Part shown: piece after piece, positions 1 through 14,130 of the stretch
Position numbering within the stretch: the first letter of the stretch is position 1
Layout: the number at the start of each line of letters is the position of its first letter
NCBI RefSeq assembly: GCF_006345805.1
Contig: NC_042998.1
Location: 126,790,001-126,854,000, forward strand
Reading direction: 5' to 3'
DNA: 64,000 bases
Origin: Octopus sinensis
Lineage: Eukaryota
The notes under the pieces: generated by a model
What the model saw: only the letters and a program-made list of their open reading frames with translations
What the model was told of the DNA's origin: nothing
Database searches by the model: none
Made by a program: the position numbers and the translations under genes

Positions 1-136
1 TATGTATGTATGTATGTATGTATGTATGTGCTTCTGTATGCGCATATATATATATATGAGCAAATAATTTATATGCCTGAATTTATATTTGGTCCTTTTC
101 TGTGTGATATGTAAAATAAATTTTGTCATTTTTCAG

Positions 137-259
137 GTATGAGGTACATGGTGGTGGATTGCGGCGGAGGCACAGTTGACATTACTGTTCATGAGCTAGA
201 AAGCAGTGGTTTGTTGCGAGAACTGTATAAAGCCACAGGGGGTGCGTTTGGAGGCACTG
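137..259 (+). CDS. HSPA12A: HSPA12-like (heat shock 70 kDa protein 12A/B family) internal coding exon, phase 1-1, 123 nt
   Basis: Acceptor tttttcag ends at 136 and donor gtaagt starts at 260. Translation [20 protein letters not shown]...[10 protein letters not shown] contains the HSP70/actin-fold phosphate-2 motif in its HSPA12 form ([10 protein letters not shown]). A versus B paralog cannot be resolved in an invertebrate. Confidence 0.9.
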
Positions 260-424
260 GTAAGTACTTGCATGCTTACTTCACAATCAAGCTCCTAAAA
301 CAAATTAAAAGTTTTTCAGATTTAGAGACGAGGCTAGTAAATTCGAGGAGAGGAGTTTAGTCGATGCCATCAGCTCTTCTACTTCACTGGTGCCTTAGAT
401 TTGAACTGTCTTAAAACAAAATAA

Positions 425-866
425 TTCTTTCTAATTTTGGCAGAAGGCCAGCAATTTTGAAGGGAGGGAGCAAGTCGATTCTATCGTCTCCCAATACTTG
501 ACCGACTCTGAAAGGATGAAAGGTAAAGTTAAATCCAGTGGGACTTGAGCGCCGAGCGTAAAGAAGGACGAAATGTCGTAAAGCACTTTGTTCGGCACGG
601 TAACAATTCTACCAGTTTACCGCCATATCCTTAAGGATAAAATAATTCTTTCTATTATAGGCATAATGCCTGAAACTTTAAACCTTGGGGAAAGGTGCTA
701 GTCGATTACATCGACATCAGTGCTCAACTGGTACTTATTTTATCGACTTCGAGAGGATGATAGGCAAAGTCGGCCACGGTGGCGTTTGAACCAAGAACGT
801 AAAACTGCAAGAAATACAGTAAAGCATTTTTTCCGGCGTGCTAACAATTCTGCCATTTCACCTTAT
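425..866 (-). mobile_element. Two head-to-tail copies of SINE family A (about 425-624 and 642-866)
   Basis: Both share gaaaggatgaaaggtaaagt / gtacttattttatcgac / ctaacaattct cores with copies at 11 kb and 13-14 kb. The reverse complement has a tRNA-like head. Confidence 0.75.
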
Positions 867-1966
867 CCTTAAACATAATAATAAATCATATTAAGTATAT
901 TTAACACCTTTTAATGATAATAATAATGATAATGAAAAGTACAGTAGATTGAATTAACTCTTGTATGCGACTAGTACTTAGTATTTACCGATACTGGTAA
1001 GATTTGAGTTCAGAACCTAAAAGAAAAAGACTAAGAGGTTCCCAAAAGATTCGTTCAGCGGCGCTTTGCAATTTCTGTCAGTTTGGCTTCTTGAATGATT
1101 ATATACGGTTATAACGCACATTATGATATCTGCACGTATGTAGATGTACATAAATCTATCTATCTATATATACTTGTATGTACAAATTTATTCCACGCAC
1201 ACACACACGCACATACACATGTAGTTTGAATATGTGTTTGCATGTACGTCTGGGTCAAAAGCACAGTGGGTATTGGAAAATTTCATTTATAGCAGCCTTT
1301 ATTCTCAGTCTTGCACTGTAAATCATTCGTGTTTCAATAGTTAGCGGAATAAAATATTTTCAGTGATGTTCCAGCATATCTTCTAGTCTATTTTCCTTAA
1401 TTAAACATAATATCTGCATTCACATTGGAATCGCTACGAATGTCATTATATAAGTTATAACGATAACTGGATAGTCGGCAGGCGAAGCTTGACAAAATTC
1501 AATACAAATTGTATACCGAATATAATAAGACTCTCTAGAAAAGCTATGTATAAACGAACTTTTCTTTTCTCTTTGCGTTATGTCTTCCTGAAAGCAAGCT
1601 GTGGATATGCCGTGTTTGCTGTAATAATGTTCTACATCATATTGATACGCAACTAAAATAATCACCATTGCTTTCCCGCTGTGTAAGCTGACTTCTCTGA
1701 GATAATTGATAGTTTTACTAACGATGTCATCAAGTAAACGTTTTGATCAATTAGTTTTATTCTGTAATGGAATGCAAAGACAGATATTGAATGTTTACGA
1801 ACTTAACAGATGCTGTTGTTCTTGTTGATGTAGGCTTTATTGTTTTTAACGACGATAATACTGAAGCTGAATATAAAGATCATCATGTTGATCATAATCA
1901 TCTTCCCATCACCCTTTTCATCATCTCCTCCTCCTCATTCTCACCACCACCTTACTTTTTACCTTT

Positions 1967-2034
1967 TCTTCTTCTTCTTCTTCTTCTTCTTCTTCTTCTT
2001 CTTCTTCTTCTTCTTCTTCTTCTTCTTCTTCTTC
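1967..2034. repeat. (CTT)n microsatellite
   Basis: Direct reading. Confidence 0.95.
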
Positions 2035-2803
2035 CGCAATTACACCATACTCACTCACATGCATGCGCGCACGCACTTGCACACCAGACATATATATCTA
2101 CAAATAGATTCTCAGCGGCTTCGATGTCACTGCCAATATTTATATACCTTACTCTTGTTTATATATCACTATTCATGAAAACGAACATTACTCTCTCTCA
2201 CCCTCTTCCCCTTTCTCTCTCTTCCTTTCTTCCTCTATCCCTCTTTGTGTGTGTGTGTTTATACATATATACATATATATCTACATACACGCATGCACAT
2301 GATAGTCCATACTTCCACCGACGTTTGAGAGACGAGCGACTTAATTTACAATATTTGCTTAGTGAAATAATTTTGCAATATTACTGTTTGAGGTTTAATA
2401 AGCGCATATTTAATATTTAATCAGGCCGAAAAATTATGATACCATTCCTTAAGCACCGGTTTTTTTTTTTGCCTGGAATGTGAATTGGACCGTGAACTTT
2501 TATTAAAGGTTCAACAGCGATCGACCATTTCGGCCTTCGAAACTGGTGAAAGTAAATGGTGAAAATTACTTAAGATTGAAACAAGATTATGCAAGACTTA
2601 ACGCGTTATATAATTGAACAGTATTATCGGGTTCTGTTATATAAAGGAGAATGCCAATACAGCGTGGTTTATGAATAAATACGTAAAGCTCCATGGCTTA
2701 ATTCATTTTGGGGATCTATTTTCAGAGACAAAATTAATGCTTGTTAAATTTATGGAAATGATACCATACACACATTTATTCACAACCTACGCTATAATGG
2801 TAC

Positions 2804-3375
<572 letters not shown>

Positions 3376-3654
3376 TACGTACATTATTTAATGACACTTT
3401 TGATTCAGCTCCATGCAACTTAAAGTTTCATGGGCCAGTAAAAATGGCCCTAGTTCTCAGTCGTGTTGGCATATATGTATCAGTGTGTATATACGTGTAT
3501 GTTTGTATATCTGTACGCTAAACAGAATTTAAGTGAAAAGCGAGACATTTAAGCGATAGCTCTCTATGCAGATAATCAGTGCGGTTGAAAAGTCATTTGC
3601 AGCTCATTAACAAGTAATGGTCGAAATACTGCATCGACTTCCATCATACCTACC

Positions 3655-3783
3655 TACCTACCTATCTAGCTATCTATCTACCTACACACACACATACACA
3701 CACACACATGCGCGCACACACATATGGATCTCTGTATGTGTACGTGTATGTAAAATACATAATATAACATCTTGTGTATTTGC

Positions 3784-3854
<71 letters not shown>

Positions 3855-3867
3855 GTGTGTGTGTGTG

Positions 3868-3906
<39 letters not shown>

Positions 3907-4112
3907 ATACACACACACACACACATATATATACATACATTAATATATATATGTATATATATATATGCATCTGTATACATATGTGTGTATGAATGTAAAT
4001 CTATCTATCTATACATACATTCGGACATACATACATACATACATACATACATACATACATACATACATACATACATACATACATACATACATACATACTT
4101 ACATACATACAT
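3655..4112. repeat. Compound (CA)/(TA)/(ATCT)/(ATAC) microsatellite
   Basis: Direct reading. Confidence 0.9.
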
Positions 4113-5169
4113 ACTCGCACACAACATTAACAAGTGTTGTGTATGCATACAAACAACCAATTAGATCTCAATAAACTTCACTGCAATAAACTGTTAAATA
4201 TAAATATATGGATACATGGATGTGCACAGTGTCGTATCGATTGTGATCTAAGATATAACAATGCTGCACAGAGCAAAACATATGAGAACGAATAATTGAA
4301 AAACAACCTCAACGATATCTCAATACGTTCATTCCGTTTCAATAATTCTTACATCACTGCATTATTATGAAGCACGCGAGGATTATATCTTCACTGAACA
4401 GTGTCAATGTAGAAATATGAAGAATGCATCCCAATTCCGCTCTTATATTGAATGAATAAAAGACAAAACATAACAATGAGAGAATTTAGAAAAATACGTA
4501 GAAATAAAGAACGAGAAAATAAGAAAGTTAGCGAGTCGATGTGAAATATTTGACAGGAAGGAAACTTGTCCAACATATATCAGGTTACTTATTTCATTAT
4601 CAGTTTGAAGAAGAGAGAAGAGTATACGAGGGGACAAAAAAAAAAAAAAAGAAAGATTTTTAAAGTCTGCGAAAGTAATATGGTATTGTTTAAGAAACAA
4701 AATCAATATTAAATTTCATTTCTTAATTTTTCTTTTATTGGGAAAAACAGTTGGTTTGGATATTGTCGCTATTGAAAAGAACAATGATATAAACATGTAT
4801 ATAAATGCGAGTGTGCAAGTACACGAGATACGATAACTACATTCACATACATGTAGACTTAACAGAACTTTCTCTATTTGTATGTATATATGTACATATA
4901 TGGGGGGTATGCATATATAATACATACTAGATAGAGTTAAACACACACACACACTCACAAACTGGATAGAGTTATACTTACATACGTTCTGTATATTTAT
5001 ATTTTGTTTTTTGCTAAACACTGACTGAAAAGGTAATTTAAGAAGATTGCATAATATTTCAAGTTTACCGAAACGTGCGTATGTTTTCTAATGCATAAAA
5101 TACCTTACATAATTCCTGTATTTTACCGACGCACATATAAACATGTGTATATACAGCCACATATATGCG

Positions 5170-5200
<31 letters not shown>

Positions 5201-7635
5201 TTAAATGATGAACTGAATACTGTACATAATAAATTCTTAATTTATTAAGAAGATAAGAATTCTGATAGAAATTTTAGTCGCTCTTGAATTAACTAAATTA
5301 TGAGTATTTTCCACCTATTAATTTACATGCTTTGAGAAAGGACAGTTTAGTCTTTGTAGGCCAAGAGAGCATTAAGGACATAAGTTTCGGTCTATATGAC
5401 CTCATCTTCATATGACATTTTAAGCAAATAGTCGATAAGTTAATAGATTTTTACATATAAAGAATTACGTATACTTTTGGTCAAGAATAGTTTACCTAAT
5501 TAAAAGACGCAACAAGGCAAATAAAACAAATCAGCTGGCTATATCATGAATCTGAATACTTAAATTAAAGGGGGAAATATACTTATTGACATGTATAATA
5601 AATTCTTAGTTTATTGAAATATATCCCTGAGTTGGAATCAGAAGAAAACATTAATGTTTTAGATACAAACGCAAACAATGTTTTAGATGCACACAGACGC
5701 ACATGTATGTATGTATGTATGTATGTATGTATGTATGTATGTATGTATGTATGTATGTATGTATGTATGTTTATATATATATATGTGTGTGTGTAAATAT
5801 ATACATATGTTCATATGATTATGCCTCTATGTGTGTATGTGTGTACATAAATATGTTTCACACACACAAACACACACGCACACACACACACATATATGTA
5901 ACTATGCATATTTATACGCACACGTATATATAAGCACATGTTTACTTCTATGTGCGTGCTGTCTATAGCGTTTCATATGAACACATTCAATTTAAGTATA
6001 TACATAGGCACACTTATACACAAATATAGACACATATATTTACATACATATCAATATTACGTATGCATGTATACACACGCAATATTCGTATTTATATACA
6101 TCTATATTTATATCGCTTTCTTTATTGCTATCATTGAAGAACAAACACATACATCCCTTTGTATGTATGTTTGTTTGCATTATGTATGCGGGTGTATATA
6201 TGATACGGTGGAGCTGTGTGCGTGTGTGAATATGTTATTTTCGAATAGTATTAAATCCAGAATATACAAACAATTTAGTATGGAAAACTTTTATAAGAGA
6301 CCTTTGATAAGATGATATATTAAATTAAAATGTACGTCATTGTTACTAAAAAGATAGAAGCCACTTATTTCACGTGCTTTTATAGAGAGTGAATTTCATC
6401 CAACATCATAGTTAAAACATCCAGCTGTTGAGTTGTATCTTATCTAGATATTAATGGCGTTATTAATATGAAGGATAACAGAATGGTGAATATATAAGAT
6501 GATCCATCTTACGTTTTTTGGTTCAATAGGAAAATTTTTACTTTTGTAAGAGATAATATATGTTATTTATTTAAATTCCGCACTACTAGAAACAGTTAAC
6601 ATATAGTATCAGGCATATGTAGAGCCAAAACTAAATGACGTCAAAACTAGATTTCCGAAACGTGAAACACTTGATAGATGGATTCAAGTAGTTTTATCAC
6701 CTGTACCAATGAATCTGCTACGATTTATTCACAAATGTGAAATCAATGATTGCTTTCGAGGCAAAGAGACAGTCTTTACGCAGCAATCACCCAAGCAGCT
6801 AAAAATATCAGGCAATCTCCCTCAAAGTAGATAAAGTAGACCCGTAGCCGTCTCAAAGGACAATAAACAATGAAATTTCTGGTATACACATACACGCACG
6901 CACATACACACACACACATACACATACACACACACACACATACATAAGAGGTGGGGTATAATTATGGATAAATCCCTTTAATCACAGATCTCTCAATTAG
7001 ATCTGAATTTTGGCTAAGCAACGACATTATTGTTTCGGTTATATATTATTTTAAGAGGAAGTATAATTAAATGCATCGATATCAGTAAATTGCTATATTG
7101 TATTATTATATAGCATTTGGAAGCATGTAGTCAACTTGCTAGAATTCTTTCTTCTTTTCGTGACTCATGCTAAACGTACTTCTACATATGTGTTCTTTGT
7201 CACGCTTTTCTTTTGTAAACGAGAATGTATTTCCTGTTTTAAGAAATCGTTACATAATGTTATTGAAACGACCTAGGTGCATGTTAAAAAGGTGGGCAGC
7301 AGCTGAATTTGATATCAGAATGAATGTTGGCGTTGAAAGCTTGACAATATTTTATTCGAAATTCTGAAGTTTCAAAAACTTTCAAAATACGAAACTTGTT
7401 TTAGTAAGAGTAGTAGAATTGAAAAATTTCTGAATGCGTTAGGGGAACTTTAATTGTTTTTAAAGGAGTGTTCTAGATGAGCATAAAATAAAAGTGAAAG
7501 TAACGAAAGTGACGAGCAACTGTTTTATGTAGTTGGCAGTTCGAAGTGAAAGTCTGATTTGTTATGTTGAAAAGCGAAGGCAAACCAATACACGAGTGAA
7601 ACTAGACTAGAGACGGATATATATAAAATTACCTA

Positions 7636-7885
7636 TCTCTCTCTATATAAACGGCAGTTTGTCTGTGTGTGTTTCTGTGTGTCTGTTTAGTTGTACCCTC
7701 ACTCTGACCACAGCTTTCAACCGATTCTGATGAAACTTGACACACACATAGCCCAATGTCATAATTCAAAACTAACGCAGCGAAAATTTTGAAAAGTTCC
7801 CCCAGTTCTGAAAAAAATCGATAAATTCGACATGGGGTCGAGAATCAGAAACACAAACCACAGACTGTCTAGGGGACGCAACTCG
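7636..7885 (+). mobile_element. Non-autonomous Helitron-like 5' fragment
   Basis: Starts A^TC...tatataaacggcagtttgtctgtgtgtg, resembling the 5' end of the complete element at 8151. No 3' CTAG terminus seen. Confidence 0.5.
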
Positions 7886-8150
7886 GCGTCATTTTTGACG
7901 GCACGAGTTCAGCTACTGTTTAAATAATGAATAACAAACCACAACTTGACACATCTGTAAAGTATTTGATAACGAATGATGTGTGTGTGTGTGTGTGTTT
8001 GTGTGTGTTGACCAGAAAATACAGCGTCCTTGCTACCATATTTCGTAACGAGTGACGTGTTGAGCGAAAATATAACGTCTTTGCTTACTTTGTAACGAAT
8101 GACATTTTTAACGCAAATAACGTTTCTTGACTTTCATATTTTTAAGAAAA

Positions 8151-8447
8151 TCTTTATATATAAAAGACAAGTTGTGTGTCTGTCTCCTACGATTTAGATT
8201 CCTAACTACTCCCACATTTTGCGGTGCAGTTTAACCAAATCAGGGTATCTTATAGTCGTGATTCATATCGATCCCTTCTGGCTATTAGCGCGCGTCTACG
8301 ATGAGTCTACGATTTAAAAAAAATTTACCATCATTTTTTCCATTTTAATGCATTTTATTCGCTATTATATAAGGGAAGTAACTCTCTAAAAATACTTATA
8401 TAGTTATTTCCCTTACAAACCCGAGCAACACCGGGCGATACTGCTAG
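8151..8447 (+). mobile_element. Complete non-autonomous Helitron (297 bp)
   Basis: 5' A^TC (tctttatatataaaag), subterminal GC hairpin cccg-agcaacac-cggg at 8420-8435, 3' CTAG^T. Inserted in an AT dinucleotide with no TSD. Confidence 0.8.
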
Positions 8448-9160
8448 TACGGTATATATAGAAACTTTATTTGGAAAAGCAGATATCTTGTTTCGACTTG
8501 GGTTCTATGATACAAAAATAAAATCATTTCGAAAATTGGGATTCTTACCGTCCCAAATAATTTGGACAAAGAATTGTCAACTGTGCTGTAAAGCATTTAG
8601 TGCATCGCTCTATACATTTTCTGTTCTGCAATATTTTCTAGTTGCATCCCAAAATGAGAGATGAGAGGCAAACATTTATCTTTGAACTCACATCATGTAT
8701 GTTAGGATAAAAAACTGAAAGGTGTGTCTATGTTTCAGCAATTTCAATAAGCTGATACTAAAATGCATAGAATTGTGTCAGTGACTTGGTCGTAATGGTG
8801 CAAAGGAAATAGAATAATTTTTCTGTGTTTTAAATGCCTAAAATGCAATCTTTCTCCATGTAATTGCCTCAGTTTCGATAGATGATATCATATGAAGGCA
8901 TTTGCCAAATAAGGACAGCTCCAAAACTGTAAAGAGAAGTCAACGGAAAGCTTCTTGCACCCAAACAGAATCAATTCCTTATATTTCGGGTAAAATACCC
9001 AGCCACAGAAGTAAACAGTTGGAGGAATATGGATTAAAGTAGCTTCCGTATTTTAGCCTCGGTTGCTATAGTGAGATTATCAGCAGCGGCAGCAGGCAAT
9101 GCTATTATTATAGCTGCTATTTATACTGATTCTGTCACTACCGCCACAGACTGTCATTGC

Positions 9161-9203
9161 CACCACCACCACCACCACCACCACCACCACCACCACCACC
9201 ACC

Positions 9204-9239
<36 letters not shown>

Positions 9240-9248
9240 GCTACTACT
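9161..9248. repeat. (CAC)n(TAC)n microsatellite
   Basis: Direct reading. Confidence 0.95.
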
Positions 9249-10992
9249 GATGTTGATGATGGTCATGATGATGATTATAACGGCAAGAGGAACAATGATA
9301 AAAAGAAGAGGGAATTAAATTAAGAACAAAAACAATACAATCAATAGAAGCAATACCGTCTTCAGCATGAATAGCCATAGCAAAAGGATCAACAAATAGA
9401 ATAACAGAAATAACATCATGTACGATAACGACAAAGACAAAAGTAAAAAGAAAGACATAAGAAACACAAATACGGTAATAGTAGTCAGAGGAGCAGAAAT
9501 GGGGATTACTACAAAAGTATATTACTCTGTTAACTGGAGCACAGTGGTAGAGAAGTGATTGTAGGGATGCCGCCAATTGAATGCTCGTTTCTTGGTCCCT
9601 TGTAACGGAGCCAGTTCTGAGAAAGAGAGAAGAAACAACCGTAATATCTGACCGGTACTTATTTTGTCTAGTCCAAAGTGGTGAAAGATAAAGAAGACCT
9701 TGGTGGATTTGAACACCGAGCACAAAGAGTTGGAACAAACACGGCAAGGTATATCTATCCGACACTATAACGACTCCGACAGCTCGCCATTTTTATGTTA
9801 TTACTATTTATAATGAATCAAAAGAAGATACTAACGAAGTCATAAATGTGTATGTGTGCGCGAGTATACCTATATGTGTGGCTATGTCTATCTGAGTGTG
9901 TAGGTGGGAATATATATGTGTTGGAAGGCCATTTCAAGAAAGATCTATATCGTTGTTCGCTAAAAGGCTATTTCATTGATCGAATACTAACGTTTAAAGA
10001 AGAGAAATATTTCGATGCTGTGTACGTGTTTCGTCACAGCTGGATAAATTACTTCACATCCAATTCTACCATTTTATCACAGTAGGTGTTACATCCGGTT
10101 TGTTTATTGTTTGGTCTTCTAACTAAACGGTTTGTGCTCAATCCGCTAACGAGTTTCAAACCGATGGATCGAATCGATTTATTCAGTTTCCTACGGAGCT
10201 AAATACATGAAATTATAAGTAGTAATAAAAAAAATGATAGATAAAGAAAGTGAAATAGAAATCAAATCAAATAAAATAAACCAAATGAAAACAAGAATAG
10301 GTAGGAAAACAAACATGAACAAGAACAACAATATTTATAACAACGGAAAGTCAGTAACAAGAAAGAAAGGAAGTAAGATCAGTAATTGAGAGAATAAAAA
10401 GACGGTAAATATAATATTGATTTCTCCCATTGGCAAAAGACCAAGACTTTCTGAGGGGAATTTATTGTCGATTTGACTCCAGCGCACGTCCGGTACTCAT
10501 TTTCTTGATTCAGAGGAGTTCGAAGAGCAAAGTCGGTCCCAATAGGATTTGGATTCAAACGCCGGAGTGCGAAAATAAATGATATCTAAAAGCTATTGAG
10601 TTTGGCTGCTTGTTATTTTTGAAAATCTATCGTCTTTAAAATGTATCTGATATTGATTTATCACGTTAGTACAAGAACGAAGATTTGTTTGAAAATGAGT
10701 TTGTTTGATCGATTAAATCGATTTAGCACATAACTAGTACTTATTTTATCAATACTGTTAAAATTTGAACTCCGAACGAAAACGTATACAAATAAATAGT
10801 ACAAGGCATTTAGTGAAACGCCTGAGAGGTTTGTCACTACTTATCCTTAATATAGAAATAGTAAATGTTAGTAGAATTGCAACAAAACTGTGGTGAGATC
10901 TATTAAATATCCGTTTAAGCCATGCTGGAGTTGATTTAGAATTTCATGCTTTGGAGACCAATTAAACAAGTATCAGGCATGTTCAGGCATGA

Positions 10993-11187
10993 TTCCAAAT
11001 TTTGGTACAAAGCCAGCAAGTTCGAGAGAAGGGGTAAGTCGATTACATCAACCCCATTGTTTAACTGGTACTTATTTTTCATCGACACCGAAAGGATAAA
11101 AGACATAGTCGACCTCGGCGGAATTTGAACTCAGAACGTAGAGAGGACGAAATGATGCTAAGCAATTCGCACGGCGTGCTAACGATT
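10993..11187 (-). mobile_element. SINE family A copy
   Basis: Contains the family core gtacttatttttcatcgacaccgaaaggataaaagacatagtcgacctcggcggaatttgaactcagaacgt. Confidence 0.75.
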
Positions 11188-13298
11188 TGAATGAACATAA
11201 TATTAAGATCTAAGACGAAATACTGAGCTCAAATTGAAATTCAATAATCCCTCTCTTGAGGGATTAGAGTTGATGAAAAATATACATATTCAAGTTTCAC
11301 TTTCGGACATCAGTTTAAGTAAGAATTTCATGTTTAGATTATCTTTGTTCACCTTGTAATTTGAATTTTGAACATTTGAAATAAAAATTCAAATAAAAAT
11401 CGTAAACAAAAAGCTCTTTAAAAGTCGACACTCTGCAGTCTCGACAACGATAATTTCTTTTGCATCTGTGAAATGTGATTGTATACGTATCAATAAATAA
11501 ATTATTGAATTAGTTAAAGATAAAAAGTTTACCATGCCAAAAATATCGTAGTGACCTAACCCTCTTAAATAGAGAAAACCAAATTCTCGGTATGAATATA
11601 CTGGAATATCAAAATATATAAACTGTTTGTTGGGTGTAAAATAACATTTAATGTATATATGAAAATATCAGAAACGCTTCAACAACTCACGTCCCTTTTT
11701 CACATGTCTTCGCTACATAGTATGCCAATACCATTGTAATAATTGTTAGTAAAATGCCTTTCAACTCAAAGGAAGTTTATTAGTACACACACACACACAC
11801 ACACACACACATCAGTTAAATGTTAAGTAACCAAAATATGTAGGTTACTATTTCTATTGTAATATGCTCCTAGGATCTAGTGTAATCATTCTGAATGCAG
11901 TAAAAGACCTTCTTTGGATTTCCAAGCGTTTCTGGTACAAAATTATCATATGCATTGTATAAACGATCTCTCTGACAATAAATCATATATTGAAATTTAC
12001 GCTAGCTTTATATTAAGAATCATAAAACAAAAACAAAAGCACAACATACTTTACGCTGATTCACCAACTCAAAACTTTATCCAGTGGTTGATGGTAGATG
12101 TAATTTTACTTAAAGTTCGATGATTTCTCTATTCAAACAATTTACACTCAAGATGCATTACAAATGATTCACTTAGTCTTTTATCAAAGATTAAAGAAAT
12201 GTTAGTATTTCCTTTTTTTGATAATCTGTATTGTTTAAATATTTTGTTAACTCCACTTTGCCTATGAATTATGTAAGGATATTTAAGGATAGAAAATTGT
12301 CGCATTACCGGTCAGTATTTCCCGAAAATCCTACGAAGAAAAGTCGACTGACGAAAATGTACACATTGTCGTACGTTATTACGTACATAGTTGGTTTTCT
12401 GTGGCACATGCAATACTGAAACACATAAGTAATGCCGAAAGCGCATACTATTTCACTATATTAGTTTGATTCGCCGCATTTTTAGCAAAAATATATAAAC
12501 GAAAATAGGATTTTCAATTTTCAATTTTTAAGCATCTCATCTTTCATGTTTCGAAGAGATATGCCAGTTTTGCTGTTAATTTATATAATTTATAGCCATG
12601 GATTTATCCCGAGGAAGTTGGCATACGATTCTTTCTTTCTCGAATTACTTCTGCATTCATAAATGATTTATTTCATGGTTAATTTTCATGCATTTTCCCG
12701 AGGTTATTTTCCTGCTATGTGCTATACATTATTGCTACCATTTTTGTAGTATCATTGCTTTGCAACTAGTTACCATTCGGATCATTTCCTTTCATGCTCT
12801 TCCCAATTTTCGCACTATTTGTTTTCATTGCGATTCATACTACTTTACCCAAATAGCAAAATCTGCCATATTGTCCTTTACCATAAGTTACCAAAGTTAG
12901 TAAGATATCCAAAAGATATTCAAGAGTATCTTTATAGAGTTGTGCGATCTAATAGAAAGGACAGCCATCTTTTCCTCAAATCATATCTTACGGTATTACA
13001 AATATGAAGGACACATTAGATAAGACGAGATGGTCATTGCCAGAATGCTTATGATCAAAGACCTGCTCGATTAAGATTGATGTGGTATTCAACTGCAAAT
13101 ACATCGACAAATATTAAATGTTAAGTCTCCTATTGCTTCCACGGGAAGAGTTTGAATTTACTGAGATACTTACGTCTTGTTTCCTTAGGTATTTTAATTA
13201 GAAAATAGAAATAATAGCCAACTGGCTTATTACGCCTGCACAAATCTAAAAACGCATTCACTTGAAAAATGTAGTGATGATGATGATGATGATAATAG

Positions 13299-14130
13299 TC
13301 CTTTCTATTATCGGCACGAGGGGCTTGAAATTGCGTCGAAAGGAGAGGGGCTATCTGATTACATCGACCTCAGTGTTCAATTCGTACTTATTTTATCGAC
13401 TCCGAAAGAATGAAAGGCGAAGTCAGCCTCGGTTGAATTTGAACTCAGAGGATAAAGACGGAGTGAATGTTGCTATGCATTTTGTCCGGCATGTTAACGA
13501 TTCTGTCAGGTAGCCGCCTTCATGATAATAATGAGGATAATAACGACTGTTTGTACAAATCTGAAATTTGAACTTGGAAGCTAAAGAGCCGGAAGAAATA
13601 CCATAAAGCATTTCCCCCGAGCGCTTTAACAATTCTACCAATCTAGCGAATACTAATAATTGTGTCATATTTTAGCTGAAGGCCAGCAATTTTCGAAGGA
13701 GGCACTAATGAACTAAACTGAGCCAATAACTGACTGGTACTTTAGGTAGGATTTGAACCCAGATCGTAAAGAACCGGAATAAATCTTCGAAGGCATTTTC
13801 CGACGCTATAACTATTCTGCTCGCTCGCTGACTTTATAATGGCTTGAGATTTTGACACAAGGCCAGTGATTTTGAGAAGAGCGGGTATAGTCGGTACCAT
13901 CAACCATGTTAATTTATCGACCCCGAAAGGATGAAAGGTAAAGTCGACGATGGCGGAATTTTTCATACAGAACGTGCTAATTATCTCGCCAGCTCGCCGC
14001 CTTAATAATAATGATTATTTTAAATTTTGACACAAGGCCACCAATTTTAAGGGTAAGGGTTTGCAGATTACATCAACCTCAGTACTTGATATGTATTTAT
14101 TTTATCGACAATGGGAAAATGAAAGACTGA
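13299..14130 (-). mobile_element. Cluster of about five same-orientation SINE family A copies and fragments
   Basis: Family segments at about 13299-13518, 13563-13648, 13668-13830, 13845-14002 and 14020-14130, several separated by short aat/gat runs. Confidence 0.7.

Noticed and set aside
260-360. ORF-track extensions beyond the exon donors (also 35047-35250 and 63039-63184)
   Set aside because: HSPA12 similarity stops at strong GT donors, and the extensions are intronic read-through.
9244-9765. 173 aa minus-strand ORF
   Set aside because: It overlaps a degenerate SINE and low-complexity sequence and has no recognisable motif.
13170-13195. Possible recursive splice site cttgtttccttag|gtattt (also ttcctctgtag|gtttta at 60206)
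   Set aside because: The reconstituted donors are weak, and such motifs are expected by chance in 62 kb of AT-rich intron.
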